Positions 1 through 10,676 of a stretch of DNA of 40,795 bases are shown piece after piece. The stretch lies in contig NC_068984.1 in the NCBI RefSeq assembly GCF_001194135.2, positions 26,198,712 through 26,239,506 of the forward strand, in the 5' to 3' direction. The notes under the pieces were generated by a model. It made no database searches, was not told the DNA's origin, and worked only from the letters and a program-made list of their open reading frames with translations. A program made the position numbers and the translations under genes. Within the stretch, counting starts at the first letter, position 1. Every line of letters begins with the position of its first letter. This stretch comes from Octopus bimaculoides (taxonomy: Eukaryota).

Positions 1-51
<51 letters not shown>
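1..51. repeat. (AC)n microsatellite
   Basis: Pure AC dinucleotide run at the window start. Confidence 0.98.
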
Positions 52-52
<1 letters not shown>

Positions 53-1176
53 GACAAATACACGTATATCTCTTTCGCTATCCTCCTATCTATCTCTTGC
101 TTGTATATACATCTATATATACATACACGAGTTTCAAGTTGGCAGAAGGCCATCACCTTGGCTATTGGACCTCCAGATATCGCCTCAAGATTGCCATGGA
201 TCAGTTGATGTGAGCCCTGAAGAGACTATCACTACCTGGGTCAGTTAGTTGAAGATTTGGTTGCGGGTGTCTGGTTCTTGGAAAACCCGAATCAATGCTT
301 CCCACTGATGTATTCAGGTGTACCACAAGATAATGTATCGAAAATGTCATTTAGCACATACATAAATATTCGTGGTGAGGAATGTGAAAGACTGTTTCAC
401 ATCCTTCCCAAGCGCCCATAGTCACAAAGTGGTTATGTTTCATTACAGTACCTGAAGCCGGGTACAGTCTGTGTACAAAATACACAGTCTTCCAGTCAGT
501 TCATAGTTGGCCCGTTTGATATCTGGCTAAAGCACGAAATACATCTACCAACCAATAGGAGGCGCTCTGAACTGACTTTGATGTTTTTTAATGCCTTTTT
601 CCAAAAGGGAGAATTTTTTCACAGTAAACTGCAGTAAAAATTCCCTTTTACAGGTCATATATGTCTCAAGCAATCTGTCATGTCGTTGATATTCATAACG
701 TACATCACAATATCCCCTTTATTTCTATCTCTATTGATTATTCATAGCACTGCTAATTTAGTGGACTATATTTCTGAGGAACTCTTGATAATACCGAAGC
801 ATGGTTTTGCCTTCACTGGTTGGTTTCAAAGACCAGACCCGCATCAGTCAGAATTGTATATAAAGTCCAAAAATTTCAATTAACTGATATCACTGAAGTC
901 GTCTCCCTTGCTTGCTGATTTTCTTGTTCCCGAATTTCTGGGATGATATGAATTGACAGAAGTATTTTATGCACACATACACACATTTTATGCACACACA
1001 CATATATACATTTCTACATACATACACACACTTATATGTATGTTTGAATGTATATGTGTGTGTATGTGTGTGCGTGTCTATATATATGTGTGTGAGTATA
1101 ATATGCAGCTTAATCACACTTTTTGGATAACTCTCTGAAATGCCTTACTCACTACTTATCACATTAACTGTTGTAA

Positions 1177-1290
1177 TTGTTTGGTCCCTAGGTCAGCTGT
1201 AAATTAGTAAAGATATGATTCCAGCCTTGAGCATTCTGTCGTTTTTGCACACCTCGCATTACAATGTGCAATGTGTCGTTCATATTTTAT
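1177..1290 (-). mobile_element. Family D repeat, degenerate 3' part
   Basis: ttgtttggtccctaggtcagc...atgattccagccttgagcatt aligns loosely with the D copies at 1511-1718 and 33617-33830. Confidence 0.5.
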
Positions 1291-1510
1291 CATTCGTATC
1301 ACGTTAGTTGATCAAAGAAATACACATATTTAACATAATTACATCGTTTGTGGTTCATAGCCCGGTAACTTTAGTTTCTTATCTCAGTTCACAAAGGCTT
1401 CGTATTCTTTTCATATTAATAAATACTGCTGATACATTCGTGTCAAATTAATCATTTATTTGAGCCATAAAAATAAACTTTATATGAATATATGTCTATG
1501 TATGACTTTA

Positions 1511-1718
1511 TTTGGCTGTAGGTCAGTACTGATTGAGAAAACCCTATGATCAAAATAATTCCAGTAATGACCAAAACATTCTTTTGCATATCTAGTGTTA
1601 GAATGTCCAGCCTGTCCTCTTTTTTTTTATTAACATTTTAGGGTCTAATTTAAAGATAATTTTGCTACTATTCTTGACAATCGAATGACCACAGAAAGCT
1701 TACAACTTCCTTGGCTCG
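1511..1718 (-). mobile_element. Family D repeat (~210 bp, headless SINE-like), near full length
   Basis: Carries the blocks aggtcagtactgattgag, cctatgatcaaa, tttgctactattct and gaatgaccac...ttggctcg. These recur, diverged, at 18393, 22355, 29263, 29515 and 33617. Confidence 0.65.
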
Positions 1719-2242
1719 TCTGTATGTGGGCGTTTGTGGGATCAAAGAAAGCATGATGTGGAAATGTGAAAAGAAGAAAGAAAGAAAAAGAATAAAATAT
1801 TATCGAAAAGACATCGTTAAAGTTGCTATCACAGAATTAGCACAACATCGTCAGGTTTATTATAGCATCTATAAATAATTATTATAGATTTCTGTGTTAG
1901 CATGTCATACGACCGCCTATGGCTTTTCAGAATGAATGAAACGTGTCAGACATTGAGACAACGAGATGATACGGACAGAGACTCCCTCTCTATCTCTCGC
2001 TATTTCCTCTCTCCTCTGTCTGTTGGCCTGTCTGTCTGTACGTGTCTTTCCCCCCTCCCTTCTTTTGCTGCTTCTCTCTCTCTCTCTCTCTCTGTCTCTT
2101 CATATCGTAGCATTTCACAACCTTTCACAGTGTTTAGATTAAGTCGGTTCAAGTTTCTTGATTAGCTTTAATCTAGAAAACATACCGCGAAAACTATAAT
2201 TGCTGTAACAGTTGTATGCGCATATGTATATATGTACCTATG

Positions 2243-2245
<3 letters not shown>

Positions 2246-2337
<92 letters not shown>
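2246..2337. repeat. (TA)n microsatellite
   Basis: About 90 bp of pure TA, embedded in TA/TG/CA compound repeats. Confidence 0.98.
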
Positions 2338-2340
<3 letters not shown>

Positions 2341-2701
2341 CACGTATACATATATACATACATACGCAGTTACAAACATACATTTGTGTCTGTGTGTAAA
2401 TAATCGTAGTGCTATACCGAACTGTCCTACACACACATGCACAAACAAATACATTCACACGCACTCACACACACACACACATACTGTAGTCATATTTCTA
2501 TTAGTATATACACATACATATGTACTATATGCATACGCTCATACATACATATATAAGTGGATTTCTGAACGCTTTTGTTTACAAAAAAGTACTCAATGCA
2601 TAAAAGTAGAGCTTGTATATTTTATTAGAAACTGAAACTCCTTGAATCGTTAGTTAGGTGCTGATTGTTCAAAGGCTTGACCAATTGGCAAAGAGAAACT
2701 A

Positions 2702-2760
<59 letters not shown>
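2702..2760. repeat. (TAA)n microsatellite at the 5' side of the RLE retrotransposon array
   Basis: Pure TAA run. Confidence 0.98.
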
Positions 2761-2761
<1 letters not shown>

Positions 2762-3073
2762 CCGGTGGGATGCAATAATAAATAATTCTACAAAGAGTAA
2801 AGACGTGGTATGAGCAAACTCCAGAAGGAGTCACCGAGAATGAGAATTGCAAAATTCTGTGGGATGCAATGATCGGAGCAAGTGTGAAGGCTGTAAAAGA
2901 TTGGTGCAAGTGTGAAGGTAGAACACCTACAAAAATCAGCATTGCTGGGAACTGCAAGAATTCTTCGCAGGGTTCTTGGAGCATGACCAGTAAACAAGTG
3001 TCACCTTAGTCTGCTGGCTGTGGAGAGCTGACACTTTCCATCATACCCGGCAAAATAAGCTGTGAGTTTTCAT
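2761..3073 (+). mobile_element. R4/Dong-type RLE non-LTR retrotransposon, 5'-truncated and internally deleted (copy 1)
   Basis: Encodes TWYEQTPEGVTENENCKILWDA and KIGASVKVEHLQKSALLGTARILRRVLGA*. Its 3' UTR is closely similar to copy 2 and is followed by (TAA)4. Confidence 0.88.
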
Positions 3074-3086
3074 ATAATAATAATAA

Positions 3087-3789
3087 GCGTTAAGGACCAG
3101 CTATGTTAAGTGTAGACTAGACAACACTACCAACAGCGATAAATGCAGAATGTGTGGTCAGAGGGTCGAAACGGTATGGCACATCGTTAGCTAACGCCCA
3201 AAATTAGCACAACACGAATACAAAAGACACCGTGACAATGTGGCAAGAATGATCAATTGGGAGCTCTGTGGAAATCACGGTCTACAAAGAGCAATGACGT
3301 GGTATGAGAAAACCCCAGTAGGAGTCACCGAGAATAAGAATTGCAAAATCCTGTGGGTTGCAATCACCAGACCAGACATCGGAAACCGGACATTGTTGTG
3401 GTGAATAAAAAAGAAAGAACATGCATGATAATCGACATAGCATGCCCGGTGACAACAGGATCAATGTGACAGAAGAAGAGAAAATACACAACTATGATGA
3501 TTTAAAGTGGGAAACACGAAGGTCGTGGTCAATGAAAAGAGTAGACGTAATACCAATAGCAATTGGTGCACTTGGAAGTATCAACACTCAGCTACCAACA
3601 TGGTTGAAAAAGATTGGTGCAAGTGTGAAGGTAGAACACCTTCAAAAATCAGCATTGCTGGGAGTTGCAAGAATTCTCCACAGGGTTCTTGGAGCATGAC
3701 CAGTAAATAAGTGTCACCTTAGTCTGATGGCTGTGGGCAGTTGACACTTCCCATCATACCCAGCAAAATAAGCTGCGAGTTTTCATCAC

Positions 3790-3790
<1 letters not shown>
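3087..3790 (+). mobile_element. R4/Dong-type RLE non-LTR retrotransposon, 5'-truncated (copy 2)
   Basis: Decayed CCHC knuckle (CRMCGQRVETVWHIVS*RPKLAQ) and RLE motifs (RPDI...IIDIACPGD...EEEKIHNYDDLKWE...VIPIAIGALG...LQKSALLG). Has a stop and frameshifts. 3' UTR runs into (TAA)n. Confidence 0.92.

Positions 3791-3847
<57 letters not shown>
3790..3847. repeat. (TAA)n microsatellite between RLE copies 2 and 3
   Basis: Pure TAA run. Confidence 0.98.
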
Positions 3848-3848
<1 letters not shown>

Positions 3849-4828
3849 CCGTTGCTCACTTATCTCAATGTGGCTAAGAAAGAGTACCTACGGTGAGTGA
3901 GAAAAATATTGGCTTCAAAGCTGAATGCCAGAAACATAATTTCAGCTATAAAAAAACTCGCGTGCAGTCGCAATAGTGCGGTATGGCGCTGGAATCCTGA
4001 AGTGAACAGAGGAGGAGCTAAATGAGATGGACAGGAAGTCAGGAAAGCTCCTGACGATGCATGGAGTCCATTATCTACATGCAGACACTGATTGCCTATA
4101 CACGAAGAGAGCAAATGTGGAAGACTGCGTACGTATCGAACTTGGGAGCTTAATGAGATACCTATCCCAAAGTAAGGAGATCTTGCTAGTGTCAGTTAGG
4201 AATGAAGGGGTATTGAGAGCAGAGAAAAAAGGGAAAACAAAGGAAGAAGTACAAATAGACATGAAGAAGCATTACGCAACAAAGGACTACACAATCAATT
4301 CCATGTAGCAACAACTGAAGCTGCTGGGACTGCTGAAGAAAGGAACCCTGAAAAAGAAACTAAGAACACTATACTGGCTACGAATTGGAGGGTCAGCCTT
4401 AGGATTGAGCAAGTATCTCTGCTGTGCTGCATCTGTAACAGAGTGAACGAAACCATTGCCCACATCGAGAACTAATACATTAGACTTGCCCAAAGCCACT
4501 ACAGGTTGTAGCGACACGATGAGGTAGCGAAAGTGCTACATTGGAAACTGTGCGAAAAATGGGGGCTTGAGAGAGGCACAAACTACACAAAGTGGAGGAG
4601 TCGGAGACTTGCAAAATCCCCTGGGATTTCTCAATCCAAACAGATCAGGTGCTAGAGCATAACAGACTGGACCTGGAGATGGTCGGCAAGATGCACCACA
4701 TGTGTTATATAGTTGATGTTGCGTTCACCTTTGACCCACGAATAGTCAAGAAAGAAGGCGAAAAAGAGATAAATAAAATCCTTTTAAGTACGAAATATCC
4801 CGGCTGCGGAAAATGAAGAAGGTGAAGG
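3848..4828 (+). mobile_element. R4/Dong-type RLE retrotransposon of a second, more decayed subfamily (copy 3; RT thumb to RLE), 3' end lost
   Basis: With frameshifts reads KKEYLR..RKILASKLNARNIISAI, VRYGAGIL, EELNEMDRKSGKLLTMHG, RHDEVAKVLHWKLCEKWGL, CKIPWDFSIQTDQVLEHNRLDL, IVDVAFTFD. Confidence 0.88.
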
Positions 4829-4843
4829 CAAGGATTATGGCAG

Positions 4844-5497
4844 ATTATGCTGCCATAATCCTTGCCTTCAGTTCATCTTTGGTGTTACAAGGAGTTTTGT
4901 TGGTCTCTCGCTCAACTACGCCCCACACATAATAATGAAGGGGGTTTGTAGTCTGGGGAGTTAGGTGGCCTGTTGTTAAGTGAGATATAGTCGCAGAAAT
5001 TGTCTGACAGCCATGACTGGTTTCTCTTGCAAGTGTGGCATGGTGCAGAGTCCTGTTGCAAGACATAGGGTCTTCCAACAGCCAACCTTTTGACCTCCAG
5101 GAACTTGAAGTAGGCTTCCATGTTGAGTCTGAGGCAGTGTGGGAAAATGAATGGAGGCATAACGTCGCCGTCCCTAGTGATCACTCCAAACACCATGATG
5201 TTGATTGGATATTTGATTTTTATCACTCTCGGTACAAGTCGTTAGACTGCACTGTCCTCGGATTGACACCCAAACACTGAAACGTTCGTATTGAAGCTTC
5301 CAGCGCGAATGCCAAGCAGTACAGCATGTTGTTTCCAAATTTCTGGCCGAGCGAATTGCGTCATGGTGATGTTTTTCTCACAGACAATACCGAACTGACC
5401 CGACTATACTGTGTAGTCGACAAAATCAAAAACAAACAATGCGCATGTACAAAATTAAAAATATAAAATGGCGACAATCTACCCATCGCACCCTGTT
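4844..5497 (-). mobile_element. Internally deleted Tc1/mariner element, DD37D (maT)-type, 3' end missing
   Basis: TIR-like end (cagggtgcgatgggtagattgtcgcc at 5495-5470). N-terminus MTQFARPEIWKQHAVLLGIRAG starts at ATG 5364 and is fused to MVFGVITRDGDVMPPFIFP...QQDSAPCHT...PPNSPDYKPLHYYVWGVVERETNK. QQD to the PLH position (PLD in active elements) spans 37 residues. Confidence 0.9.
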
Positions 5498-5582
5498 GTA
5501 TGTATGTATGTATGCATGTATGCATGTAAGTATGTGTGTATATATATATATATATATACTATTTTACTCTTTTATTTGTTTC

Positions 5583-6095
5583 NNNNNNNNNNNNNNNNNN
5601 NNNNNNNNNNNNNNNNNNNNNNNNNNNNNNNNNNNNNNNNNNNNNNNNNNNNNNNNNNNNNNNNNNNNNNNNNNNNNNNNNNNNNNNNNNNNNNNNNNNN
5701 NNNNNNNNNNNNNNNNNNNNNNNNNNNNNNNNNNNNNNNNNNNNNNNNNNNNNNNNNNNNNNNNNNNNNNNNNNNNNNNNNNNNNNNNNNNNNNNNNNNN
5801 NNNNNNNNNNNNNNNNNNNNNNNNNNNNNNNNNNNNNNNNNNNNNNNNNNNNNNNNNNNNNNNNNNNNNNNNNNNNNNNNNNNNNNNNNNNNNNNNNNNN
5901 NNNNNNNNNNNNNNNNNNNNNNNNNNNNNNNNNNNNNNNNNNNNNNNNNNNNNNNNNNNNNNNNNNNNNNNNNNNNNNNNNNNNNNNNNNNNNNNNNNNN
6001 NNNNNNNNNNNNNNNNNNNNNNNNNNNNNNNNNNNNNNNNNNNNNNNNNNNNNNNNNNNNNNNNNNNNNNNNNNNNNNNNNNNNNNNNNNNNNNN
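5583..6095. other. Assembly gap (N-run). Other gaps: 8218-9152, 10421-10430, 11587-11612, 14692-14701, 15168-15510, 18168-18177, 24494-24948, 26158-26794, 27308-27317, 38020-38211, 39135-39157, 40379-40413
   Basis: N characters; most abut (TA)n tracts or repeats. Confidence 1.
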
Positions 6096-6154
6096 TACGT
6101 ACATATGTGTACATATATACACATATATATGTAGATATTATACGTATGTATATA

Positions 6155-6190
<36 letters not shown>

Positions 6191-6819
6191 TAAATAAACA
6201 TCAATTAGGAGACTAAATATGGGAAATTAGTTTTGTTCACCGGAACTGCATCTAGTTATACGAAAAGGTACACACACACACACACACACACACACACGAT
6301 TATATATTTATATGTATGTATATATGTTTGAATGTACGATTGTATGTATGTATGTATGTATGTATGTATGAATGTACGTTTGTATGTATGTATGTCTGTA
6401 TGTATGTATGTATGTATGTAGGTATGTATGTATTATGTATATATGTGAATGACTATAAACAGAAATGTGATCCTAGGGGTTCGGTAACATGATGTTATGA
6501 TAAATTAAATACAATATAATCAATAGTTCATATATAATAATCTTTTTCCTCTCAGCGTTGATAGGCTTGAAAGGCATTGGTGTGTTAAGTTTATAATATT
6601 ACATTACTGGTTGTACGAGTACAAGATAAAGTAAATTATTGATATAGAACTGTATTTAGATTGTAAGTTAGATAAGCTAGTGTTATCCACGTGGTGGCGG
6701 TGCAGACTGGAGCAATGTTCTTGCTGCAAAGTCATATGTTAGAATTGACCGTGTCGACCTATGATGAAAAGCATAACCAACCACGACCTTCCTGTCTTTT
6801 TTGTTTCTATGATTACATT

Positions 6820-6960
6820 GGCAGTGAATTGTAACAGTGTTTAGAACGTCGGTTTGTATGTTACGCGGTATTTGTTCCGATTCTTTGGTTTCTGTGTTCA
6901 ATTTCCGCTGAGGTCAACTTTTCCCTTCATTCTCTCGGAGTCAATAAAACAAATTACAAA
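6820..6960 (+). mobile_element. Family B SINE, degenerate
   Basis: ttcaatttccgctgaggtcaacttttcccttcattctctcggagtcaataaaa matches the B core ttcaaattccgccgaggtcgactttgcctttcatcctttcg seen at 23865-24052. Confidence 0.7.
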
Positions 6961-7114
6961 TCTGAGAAGTGGATTGGCGGAACTATAAAACCCTCGAACC
7001 AGATGCACTTATCCCGGTTCTTTGCGTTCTGTGTTTAAATCCCGCCATGTCGATGACTTAATCTGCCGGCCTGATTAACCGTCACCTTGGGTAGCTTTAG
7101 CTCAATAGGCCTTT

Positions 7115-7190
7115 TTGATTATTATTTTATTCTGGTGGTCCCCCATAGCCATTCGATGTTTAAAAACTAGTTTTATAGATAATATATTTC
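7115..7190 (+). mobile_element. Internal fragment of the hAT MITE family found at 34168-34843
   Basis: 7141-7167 matches 34234-34260 at 25/27 nt (ccccatagccatt-gatgt-taaaaac). Confidence 0.65.
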
Positions 7191-7324
7191 AAAGTTCCCA
7201 TTTGAGAAAGAAACCGAGCTGTTTCTTGTAATAAATACATTTAAAGCAAAATTTATTAAAATACTACTGTGCACCCCATTTATTATTTTGCTATATGTGC
7301 AACCCCACCTAAATCATATATCGA

Positions 7325-7407
7325 CCCCGAGGTACCACGTAGTGGGACTGAATCTAAAACCATGTGGCTGGGATGCAAGCTTCTTACACAGCTACACCCT
7401 GCGTCTA
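7325..7407 (-). mobile_element. Family A SINE, 5' head only
   Basis: Reverse complement gives gctgtgtaagaagcttgcatcccagccacatggttttagattcagtcccactacgtggtacctcggg. Confidence 0.8.
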
Positions 7408-7411
7408 TATC

Positions 7412-7801
7412 GTTGTTGTTGTTGGCACTCCGTCGCTTACGACGTCGAGGGTTCCAGTTGATTCGATCAACGGAACAGCCTGCTCGTGAAATTAACGTGC
7501 AAGTGGCTGAGCACTCCACAGACACGTGTACCCTTAATATAGTTCTTGGGGATATTCAATGTGACACAGTGTGACAAGGCTGACCCTTTGAATTACAGGC
7601 ACAACAGAAACAGGAAGTAAGAGTGAGAGAAAGTTGTGGTGGAAGAGTACAGCAGGGTTCGCTACCATCCCCTGCCGGAGCCTCGTGGAGCTTTAGGTGT
7701 TTTCACTCAATAAACACTCACAACCCCCAGTCTTGGAATCGAAACCGCGATCCTATGACCGCAAATCCGCTGCCCTAACCACTAGGCCATTGCGCCTCCA
7801 C
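7412..7801 (-). mobile_element. Family C tRNA-derived SINE, full length, (AAC)n tail
   Basis: Minus strand starts gtggaggcgcaatggcctagtggttagggc (A box), has gtttcgattcc (B box) and ends gagtgccaacaacaacaac. TSD-like tgcgtcta(t/a)at at 7400-7410 and 7804-7814. Confidence 0.92.
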
Positions 7802-8174
7802 TATGCGTCTAAATCAATACATGATCAAAACCATGAAGTTTTATTTTAAACTGATTTTCAGCCCTTTTGCTACACGCCAGTAGTGTTCTGATTATAGACC
7901 AAGTCATCCGTGTACGTTTGCATTTAAACATTCACACACGCATGCACTCATGTTGTACGTAAATACGGGATGAATCAGAAGTTTTCATATATATATATTC
8001 AGATATTGAACATTCATTATTTAAGATATTCCGATGCCTATACAAATTGTCATCGTTGTTTTACAAAAGTACGTGTATGTATTATACGCGTAAATGAAGA
8101 TCGGATTCATATGCATATACAGGTATATACATTTACACATTTTTTGTATACATATACATCTATAATTAATATGT

Positions 8175-8217
<43 letters not shown>

Positions 8218-9244
8218 NNNNNNNNNNNNNNNNNNNNNNNNNNNNNNNNNNNNNNNNNNNNNNNNNNNNNNNNNNNNNNNNNNNNNNNNNNNNNNNNNNN
8301 NNNNNNNNNNNNNNNNNNNNNNNNNNNNNNNNNNNNNNNNNNNNNNNNNNNNNNNNNNNNNNNNNNNNNNNNNNNNNNNNNNNNNNNNNNNNNNNNNNNN
8401 NNNNNNNNNNNNNNNNNNNNNNNNNNNNNNNNNNNNNNNNNNNNNNNNNNNNNNNNNNNNNNNNNNNNNNNNNNNNNNNNNNNNNNNNNNNNNNNNNNNN
8501 NNNNNNNNNNNNNNNNNNNNNNNNNNNNNNNNNNNNNNNNNNNNNNNNNNNNNNNNNNNNNNNNNNNNNNNNNNNNNNNNNNNNNNNNNNNNNNNNNNNN
8601 NNNNNNNNNNNNNNNNNNNNNNNNNNNNNNNNNNNNNNNNNNNNNNNNNNNNNNNNNNNNNNNNNNNNNNNNNNNNNNNNNNNNNNNNNNNNNNNNNNNN
8701 NNNNNNNNNNNNNNNNNNNNNNNNNNNNNNNNNNNNNNNNNNNNNNNNNNNNNNNNNNNNNNNNNNNNNNNNNNNNNNNNNNNNNNNNNNNNNNNNNNNN
8801 NNNNNNNNNNNNNNNNNNNNNNNNNNNNNNNNNNNNNNNNNNNNNNNNNNNNNNNNNNNNNNNNNNNNNNNNNNNNNNNNNNNNNNNNNNNNNNNNNNNN
8901 NNNNNNNNNNNNNNNNNNNNNNNNNNNNNNNNNNNNNNNNNNNNNNNNNNNNNNNNNNNNNNNNNNNNNNNNNNNNNNNNNNNNNNNNNNNNNNNNNNNN
9001 NNNNNNNNNNNNNNNNNNNNNNNNNNNNNNNNNNNNNNNNNNNNNNNNNNNNNNNNNNNNNNNNNNNNNNNNNNNNNNNNNNNNNNNNNNNNNNNNNNNN
9101 NNNNNNNNNNNNNNNNNNNNNNNNNNNNNNNNNNNNNNNNNNNNNNNNNNNNATACATTCACTCACATCCATACCAGTCACTCACATCCATACATACATG
9201 TATACATACATACATACATACATACATACATACATACACACACA

Positions 9245-9245
<1 letters not shown>

Positions 9246-9316
<71 letters not shown>
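9246..9316. repeat. (TATC)n microsatellite (a second run at 9780-9856)
   Basis: Pure tetranucleotide runs. Confidence 0.97.
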
Positions 9317-9317
<1 letters not shown>

Positions 9318-9389
9318 CTCTATATATATATATAGGCATGTATTATACCTACCTATATAGATATATACATGTATATGTGTATGCGTGTA

Positions 9390-9461
<72 letters not shown>

Positions 9462-9779
9462 GTGTGTGTGTATACACACCCTCCCCCCATATTTATAAGT
9501 GTTTTGTGTGTGTGTGTGTGTGTGGTTCCGAGTTAGCAAGGCTTATTAGAGCGTTTGAATAAATGCCTTGCGGTTTATGTTTTAATTCTATATTTTCTGA
9601 GTTTAAGTCCATATTCCTGTAACTGTATAAAAAAATAAAGAAAGACGAATTTTCAGGACTGAACGTTAACACGAGTAAACTTGGAAAGTTCTGAAGCTGT
9701 TGTTAAGATATTTCGGTCGGCTGATTGCTTGAAACTTCATGGACGCACGATTATAGATATGCCTATGCATGTATGTGCG

Positions 9780-9856
<77 letters not shown>

Positions 9857-9857
<1 letters not shown>

Positions 9858-9881
9858 GTAAGCGACGGAGTGCCAACAACA
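9857..9881 (+). mobile_element. 25-bp 3' terminus of a family C SINE
   Basis: cgtaagcgacggagtgccaacaaca matches the C 3' ends at 14718-14738 and at 7416-7440 (reverse complement). Confidence 0.85.
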
Positions 9882-10146
9882 TTTAATACTTTACCAAAAC
9901 ATCTTAGGGAACTACATGGAATAAGGGCTAGACGTTTTCAAGAAACAACTTGATTTCCTGCTGTCCAGGGTCCCAGATAAAGCTACAATGCGGCAAGAAA
10001 CTCAAAAGAAGTGGGGAAATGTTGAACTCCCTTCTTCACCAAAAGGCCAATCGCTTAAGAATAGCCTTTGAAAAGGTGATAACACTGGCGTTGTTCCCAG
10101 CATGGCTGCAGCCTTTGGGCTGAAATGCATAAAAGAGTAAAAGAAT
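9882..10146 (+). mobile_element. CR1/L2-group LINE 3' end (ORF2 C-terminus plus 3' UTR)
   Basis: With frameshifts reads FNTLPKHLRELHGI / DVFKKQLDFLLSRVPDK / NSLLHQ, the typical C-terminus of this group. Ends ccagcatggctgcagcctttgggctgaaatgcataaaagagtaaaagaat. Confidence 0.8.
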
Positions 10147-10268
10147 GTGTGTGTTTGTATACATATGTGTGTGTGTGTGTAAATGCACATGCACACACCA
10201 TATATAGAGGTCGGGTGCCATGCGGATATGGAATACCCCTTCTAAAGTTAAAGAATAAATGAGTTGCT

Positions 10269-10432
10269 GCTATTACTACTACTACTACCACCACCACCAC
10301 CACCATCACCCCAACACCACCACCACCACTACTACTACCACCACCACCGCTGCCGCCGCCGCCGCCGCCACCACCACCACCACTACCACCACCACCACCA
10401 CCATCACCCCAACACCACCANNNNNNNNNNTA

Positions 10433-10497
<65 letters not shown>
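10269..10497. repeat. Compound trinucleotide repeat (CTA/CCA/GCC) with an internal 10-N gap
   Basis: Directly visible; the block ccaccatcaccccaacaccacca occurs twice. Confidence 0.95.
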
Positions 10498-10499
<2 letters not shown>

Positions 10500-10676
10500 G
10501 AAACTATTATTTCTTTTGTCTTGGCAATAGATCCTCCATTCAAGTCTCATAGAAAGACCATGAAATGATCATGATGTGTCCATGATACATATACATCGAT
10601 AACATTCACATACGTTGAATAGAAAAACTATTAGTTCGAAATCTCTGAACGAGAGACATGCAGCAACAGTACTTTA

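Noticed and set aside
130-900. Possible very old RTE-like LINE remnant (minus) or SGVPQ RT-like motif (plus, near 310-360)
   Set aside because: Only faint motif echoes (YGRLGRM, PATK, SGVPQ..YIN) that need many frameshifts and occur on conflicting strands. A profile search is required.
10259-10552. Poly-His/Thr/Ala/Leu ORFs
   Set aside because: Compound trinucleotide repeat directly behind a LINE tail; no splice or domain context.
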